This document shows positions 16,261 through 20,859 of a DNA stretch of 20,859 nucleotides, piece after piece. Position 1 is the stretch's first letter; each line of letters starts with the position of its first letter. The notes beneath the pieces were generated by a model. The model did no database searches. It was not told where the DNA came from and was given only the letters and a program-made list of their open reading frames with translations. Where the stretch lies: positions 1 through 20,859 of the forward strand of contig JAVKJW010000036.1 of the NCBI GenBank assembly GCA_031458695.1. Direction: 5' to 3'. The stretch comes from Candidatus Thermofontivivens primus. Lineage in GTDB: Bacteria; Sysuimicrobiota; Sysuimicrobiia; Sysuimicrobiales; Thermofontiviventaceae. The translations under genes and the position numbers were made by a program.

Positions 16261-18309
16261 ATGGTGGAGCCTACGGCCAAACCTATTGAGCGATTGCTCC
16301 GGCACAGCGACCTGGCGATCGCTTTCCTCTTGCTGGTGATCACGGCCATGATCATCATGCCTCTCCGCCCGCTCCTCATCGATATCCTCCTCACCCTTAA
16401 TCTGGCGGGGAGTGTCGTGATCCTTCTCATGACCATGTATAACACCGACCCGCTAGAATTCAGTAGCTTCCCCTCCCTCCTGCTCGTGGCGACGCTTTTC
16501 CGCCTTGCCCTAAACGTGGCCATCACCAGGCTCATCCTCCTCACAGGGGATGCCGGGAGGGTTGTGAGCGCCTTCGGATCGTTCGTGGTCGGAGGGAGCT
16601 ACATCGTGGGATTTGTCATCTTTTTGATCCTGGTCATCGTCCAGTTTATCGTCATCACGAACGGTACGAGCCGTATCGCCGAAGTAGCGGCACGGTTCAC
16701 CCTCGACGCTATGCCAGGGAAGCAAATGGCCATCGACGCGGACCTCAACGCTGGGATCATCACTGAGGAGGTGGCGCGGCAGAGGCGCGCCCACATCGAG
16801 CGTCAGGCGGATTTCTTTGGCGCTATGGACGGCGCCAGCAAGTTCGTCCGCGGGGATGCCATGGCGGGGATCCTCATCACCCTCACGAACCTCCTCGGGG
16901 GGATCTTGGTGGGTACTGTCGGCCGTGGGATGCCCATCTTGCAGGCCCTGCAGAATTACGCCCTCCTCACCGTGGGCGCAGGGCTGATGGTTCAGATCCC
17001 TGCCCTGCTCGTCTCAGCAGCAAGCGGGATCATTGTCACCCGGACGGCTGCCATCAGCAACCTTGGTTCAGACATCACATCCCAGCTCCTGAGCCAACCG
17101 CGCGCCATCGCCGTAGCCAGCGGCATCGTGGGGGCGCTGGGCCTTCTGCCCGGTTTCCCGAAGCTTGCCTTCCTCTCCGCAAGCGGTCTATTAGCCCTGT
17201 TGGCTTTCCTCCTCCGCCAGCCCCCAGAGGTGCCTGCTGAAGCCGAGGCTCCGGCTCCAGCCGATCTTGGTTCCCCTGAGGCAATCCGCCAGCTCCTTGA
17301 CGTCGACCCCATGGAGCTGGAGATCGGCTACGGCCTGATCCCCCTCGTAGATCCGGAGCAGCAGGGGGACCTTATTCAGCGTATCATCCTCATCCGGCGG
17401 CAGATCGCCTCGGACCTCGGCCTCCTCGTCCCCCCCATCCGCGTGCGCGACAACACCCGCCTGGGCTCCAACCAGTACGTGATCTCCATCCGGGGGGTGG
17501 AAGTAGCGCGTGGGGAGGTGACGCCAGGGGCATACCTAGCCATCAAGGCCGACCCCCAAGCGCCGGCGCTGGAAGGAAGGGCTGTGAGGGAACCAGCCTT
17601 TGGCCTGGAGGCGTACTGGATCTCTGAAGCCCTGCGCCTGGAGGCGGAGCGTCTGGGCTACGGTGTCGTGGATGCCTCCAGCGCGCTCGCCACGCATCTC
17701 AGCGAGGTGATCCGCTCCCACGCCGCCCAGCTCCTCACTAGGCAGGAGGTGGCGAACCTCATCGAGAGGGTGAAAGAGCGCAACCGCGCCGTGGTTGAAG
17801 AGCTCATCCCCAACCTGCTGACCGTGGGCGACGTTCAGAAGGTACTCCAGAATCTCCTCCGGGAGCAGGTTCCCATCCGTGACCTGGTCACCATTTTGGA
17901 GACACTCGCGGATCATGCACGTACCACCCGAGATCCCGACGTTCTCACGGAGCTTACCAGGCAGGCCCTTGGTCGGACCATCAGCCAACGGTTTTGTGAC
18001 GACAAAGGGCGGTTACCTGCTCTCGTGCTTGATCCGACGCTCGAGCGGGACCTGCTCGCGCAGGCAGGAGAAGGAGGGATGGCCGACCCCGGGTTCCTTT
18101 TGCGCGTCCAGGAAGAGGTCGCTGCGGCATGGGAGCGGGCAGCCATGCGTGGCCACCAGGCCGTCCTGGTGTGCTCCTCCAAAGTCCGCCTTCTCTTGCG
18201 GCGCCTGCTGGAACGCCGACTGGCCAAGCTGCCTGTGCTCGCCTATGAAGAGATCGTGGGTGTGGAGTTGCTCCGGCTTGAGGTGGTGAGCCTGTCCCAT
18301 GAAGGTTAG
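16261..18309 (+). CDS. flhA: flagellar export protein FlhA
   Basis: FPSLLL..TLFRLALN, RIAEVAARFTLDAMPGKQMAIDADL, FFGAMDGASKFVRGDA, LEIGYGLIPLVD. Confidence 0.98.
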   Translation: MVEPTAKPIERLLRHSDLAIAFLLLVITAMIIMPLRPLLIDILLTLNLAGSVVILLMTMYNTDPLEFSSFPSLLLVATLFRLALNVAITRLILLTGDAGRVVSAFGSFVVGGSYIVGFVIFLILVIVQFIVITNGTSRIAEVAARFTLDAMPGKQMAIDADLNAGIITEEVARQRRAHIERQADFFGAMDGASKFVRGDAMAGILITLTNLLGGILVGTVGRGMPILQALQNYALLTVGAGLMVQIPALLVSAASGIIVTRTAAISNLGSDITSQLLSQPRAIAVASGIVGALGLLPGFPKLAFLSASGLLALLAFLLRQPPEVPAEAEAPAPADLGSPEAIRQLLDVDPMELEIGYGLIPLVDPEQQGDLIQRIILIRRQIASDLGLLVPPIRVRDNTRLGSNQYVISIRGVEVARGEVTPGAYLAIKADPQAPALEGRAVREPAFGLEAYWISEALRLEAERLGYGVVDASSALATHLSEVIRSHAAQLLTRQEVANLIERVKERNRAVVEELIPNLLTVGDVQKVLQNLLREQVPIRDLVTILETLADHARTTRDPDVLTELTRQALGRTISQRFCDDKGRLPALVLDPTLERDLLAQAGEGGMADPGFLLRVQEEVAAAWERAAMRGHQAVLVCSSKVRLLLRRLLERRLAKLPVLAYEEIVGVELLRLEVVSLSHEG

Positions 18310-19396
18310 ACGGTACGTTGCTGCGACCATGCAGGAAGCCCTCTCCCAGGTCCGCGCTGATCTTGGGCCGGATGCAGTGATCCTGTACTCCCGGGCGGTC
18401 CCCCGGAGAGGGCTCTTGGGGCTCTTTGGCCGGTCGGATGTAGAGGTTATTGCCTCTGTGGACATCGCCCCCTTGCCGCGCCGGAAGGCCAAACCCGGTG
18501 AGGTCAGGTCGGAACCCCGAGGCTTCAGGCGTGAGGGTCTTGAAGACGTCCGGCGCATGGTTGCGACGCTTGCCCCAGATGGAGCCTCTGAGCTTGACCC
18601 GGGGGAGCTGAGCCCAGAAGTCTTGGACCTTCTCAGGGCATCGCAGGAGGATTTCTCTGTGCTCTCGTCCCGGGAAGCCCTGCGAAGACTGGAGCGTCGG
18701 ATTACCCGGTTGATCTCCGTCCAGCCCATTCGTCTCAATCAAAGCAGGCCGCGGGTGGTTGCCCTCGTAGGTCCAACGGGTGTGGGCAAAACGACAACCA
18801 TCGCGAAGCTGGCCGCACACTATTCTGTGAAGCATGGGAGAAGAGTTGGGCTCATCACCACCGATACGTACCGGATCGGTGCCGCGGAGCAACTCACCAC
18901 CTACGCGGAGATCATGCATCTCCCCGTGGAAGTGGTCCGATCCGCCGCCGATGCGGCCCGCGTCATGGAGCGGTACCGCCAGCTGGATCTCGTCTTGGTC
19001 GATACCCCCGGTCGCAGCCCCCGCCAGGTAGGACACCTGGAGGAGCTCTCGGGAATCCTCCAGGCGCTCGCTCCCCAGGAGATTCACCTCGTTCTCAGTC
19101 TGGCTACAAGGGATCGTGATCTCCGCCTTGCTGCCGATCGCTTCCGTTTGCTGGGCTACAACCGCTTGCTTTTGACGAAGCTCGATGAGTGTGCCTTCCC
19201 GGCTCTTGTCCTCCATGTGGCGAGCCGTTCTCCGGAGCCGCTCTCCTATGTGACTTATGGACAGGGGGTCCCAGACGATCTCGCCTGCGCAAGCCCGCGA
19301 CGCCTGGCTGCCCTGATAGCGCCCATGCTCCGAACGCATCCCATCAAATTCTCTCAACAGGATTTCCATAGAGAGCCCAATCCGGTGAAAGCATGA
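18299..19396 (+). CDS. flhF: SRP-family GTPase FlhF
   Basis: N-terminal MQEALSQVRADLGPDAVIL, GPTGVGKTT, DTYRIGA, DTPGRS, TKLDE, GQGVPDDL. Confidence 0.95.
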   Translation: MKVRRYVAATMQEALSQVRADLGPDAVILYSRAVPRRGLLGLFGRSDVEVIASVDIAPLPRRKAKPGEVRSEPRGFRREGLEDVRRMVATLAPDGASELDPGELSPEVLDLLRASQEDFSVLSSREALRRLERRITRLISVQPIRLNQSRPRVVALVGPTGVGKTTTIAKLAAHYSVKHGRRVGLITTDTYRIGAAEQLTTYAEIMHLPVEVVRSAADAARVMERYRQLDLVLVDTPGRSPRQVGHLEELSGILQALAPQEIHLVLSLATRDRDLRLAADRFRLLGYNRLLLTKLDECAFPALVLHVASRSPEPLSYVTYGQGVPDDLACASPRRLAALIAPMLRTHPIKFSQQDFHREPNPVKA

Positions 19397-20274
19397 ACGT
19401 GCCAATCGCTCGAAATGACCAAGCAGACCGTCTCCGCGCCATGACCATGGGCAGGCGCTCCAAGGTGATCAGCATTGGGAGCGGGAAAGGGGGGGTGGGC
19501 AAGACCAACTTGGCTGTCAACCTGGCCATTGCTCTCGCCCGGAGAGGGGCCCAAGTTGTGCTCGTGGACGCCGATCTTGGGCTGGCCAACGTGGATGTTG
19601 TCCTAGGCCTGAACCCTCCCTACACCCTTGATCACGTCGTCAGAGGGGAGCGGACCCTCCGGGAAGTCCTCGTAGGAGGGCCGTTGGAGATCCAGGTCCT
19701 CCCTGGCGCATCTGGACTCCCGGAGATGGCCGATCTGCATCCTGCAAAGCGACGGTACCTCCTCCAGGAGCTTGAGGGATTAGAAGAGAGCACCGACATC
19801 CTCCTGATCGACGCCGCCCCCGGGATCGGGAGGCAAGTCCTCTCCTTCCTCCTGGCGAGCGATGAGGTGTTGATCGTAACCACGCCGGAACCAACAGCGG
19901 TCACCGACGCGTATGCGCTGATCAAGCTTCTGTACCGCCATCCGAGTTGCCCCGAGGTACGCCTTGTGGTCAATATGGCGCGAGACCTGCGCGACGCACA
20001 GGAAGTTGCCTTGAAGCTTGGGCTCGTCGCACGTCATTACCTTGGCAGGTGGGTGGGGATGGCCGGTGCCGTGCCTCTCGACCCCAACCTGCCCTTAGCA
20101 GTGCGAAGGCAAGTTCCCCTTGTCCTCAGCCATCCTTCCTCTCCAGCGAGCCGGGCGATTGCCGAGCTTGCGGAGGTCCTCTTGGGGAGCCGCCCTGTGA
20201 AGGGTACAGGATGGGCCGCGCGCCTTGGGGCACCCCTTGCCCAGGAAGGAGGTGAAGCTTATCCCCCGGCATGA
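19393..20274 (+). CDS. flhG: MinD-like ATPase FlhG (FleN/YlxH)
   Basis: N-terminal DQADRLR FlhF-activator motif, deviant Walker A KGGVGKT, DADLGLANVD, TPEPTAVTDAYALIK. Confidence 0.95.
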   Translation: MNVPIARNDQADRLRAMTMGRRSKVISIGSGKGGVGKTNLAVNLAIALARRGAQVVLVDADLGLANVDVVLGLNPPYTLDHVVRGERTLREVLVGGPLEIQVLPGASGLPEMADLHPAKRRYLLQELEGLEESTDILLIDAAPGIGRQVLSFLLASDEVLIVTTPEPTAVTDAYALIKLLYRHPSCPEVRLVVNMARDLRDAQEVALKLGLVARHYLGRWVGMAGAVPLDPNLPLAVRRQVPLVLSHPSSPASRAIAELAEVLLGSRPVKGTGWAARLGAPLAQEGGEAYPPA

Positions 20275-20859
20275 GGAGATCTTGCAGGTAAACGCGCGGG
20301 TGGACGTCTGGGTGGAGGGGGAAGGTGGCCCCTTCCCTGCGCGCATCGAGGAGATCGAAAAAGGGAGAATCTGGATTGCTGCCCCCCTGGCTGAGGGCGT
20401 CCCCGTGCTGGTGAAGGAAGGCCAGATGATCCGGGGGCGCCTGAGCCGTCCCGACGGGGTCTACTGGTTCGTGACCTCAGTGGTCGCCCGGAAGTCCACG
20501 CCGGTCACCCTCGTTGGGTTGGCGCCTCCCGCGCGTATTGAGAGAACCGAGCGGAGGAAATACCCGCGGTTCCCAGGACGTTTTCCCATCTCCTACCGAT
20601 ACCTTGGCCCGCAGGGGATCCCCCTCCACGACTGGCGTACAGGGGAGACGAGGGATACGAGCGAGTACGCCCTGCGGGTGATCCTGGTGCGGCCTCTGCG
20701 GGAGCCAGTTCCAGGCCAGGTTGTGGAGGTGACCATCCACACGAGGGCTGGGGCGCTCACCATGGCGGGATGGGTCATCCGGGCTAGCAGGCTCCTCTAT
20801 GGAGTGGGCCCCCGTTACGAAGTTGTCCTCCAGCTGCACGAGGCTCCCTTGGAAGCACG
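20252..20859 (+). CDS. flagellar brake protein, YcgR/MotI-like (N-terminal beta domain plus PilZ), 3' partial
   Basis: Manually translated open frame from GTG 20252 to the window end: MKLIPRHEEILQVNARVDV...ARIEEIEKGRIWIAAPL...GVYWFVTSV...RIERTERRKYPR...ETRDTSEYALRV. RxxxR motif at 20555-20569. Position after flhG is typical. Start codon uncertain. Confidence 0.85.
   Translation, partial: MKLIPRHEEILQVNARVDVWVEGEGGPFPARIEEIEKGRIWIAAPLAEGVPVLVKEGQMIRGRLSRPDGVYWFVTSVVARKSTPVTLVGLAPPARIERTERRKYPRFPGRFPISYRYLGPQGIPLHDWRTGETRDTSEYALRVILVRPLREPVPGQVVEVTIHTRAGALTMAGWVIRASRLLYGVGPRYEVVLQLHEAPLEA

Noticed and set aside
76..18309. Non-flagellar injectisome T3SS interpretation of the export genes
   Set aside because: Hook (flgD, flgE, fliK), stator (motAB), switch (fliM, fliY) and flhF/flhG genes show that the system is flagellar.
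17981..19405. 474-aa minus-strand ORF, plus other long antisense ORFs (51-779, 8091-9104, 9495-10625, etc.)
   Set aside because: They lie entirely opposite well-conserved flagellar genes, show no recognisable motifs, and are expected shadows of GC-rich codon usage.

Overview
The whole window (GC-rich, roughly 60-65% by eye) is the middle of one large + strand flagellar operon with a gene order like the Bacillota fla/che cluster: [possible end of fliG]-fliH-fliI-fliJ-lytic transglycosylase-fliK-flgD-flgE-flbD-motA-motB-fliL-fliM-fliY-fliO-fliP-fliQ-fliR-HDOD protein-flhB-flhA-flhF-flhG-PilZ flagellar brake (truncated at the window end and missing from the ORF track). I see no rRNA, tRNA, CRISPR array or transposase, and I cannot assign the organism. 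The core system is well known. The less ordinary points are: a stand-alone HDOD gene wedged between fliR and flhB; an inverted array of 9-bp repeats forming a G-U-rich hairpin before flgE; a 136-nt structured spacer separating fliQ from its only strong Shine-Dalgarno (SD); an SD-less flhB leader containing a small hydrophobic ORF; a stator with mixed ion-selectivity residues (Met at the MotB Asp+11 position); and variant motifs in FlhB (NPVH), the PilZ protein (DxSxxA) and FliY (no N-terminal CheY-binding peptide). All pairings and alignments were done by eye and need computational confirmation.
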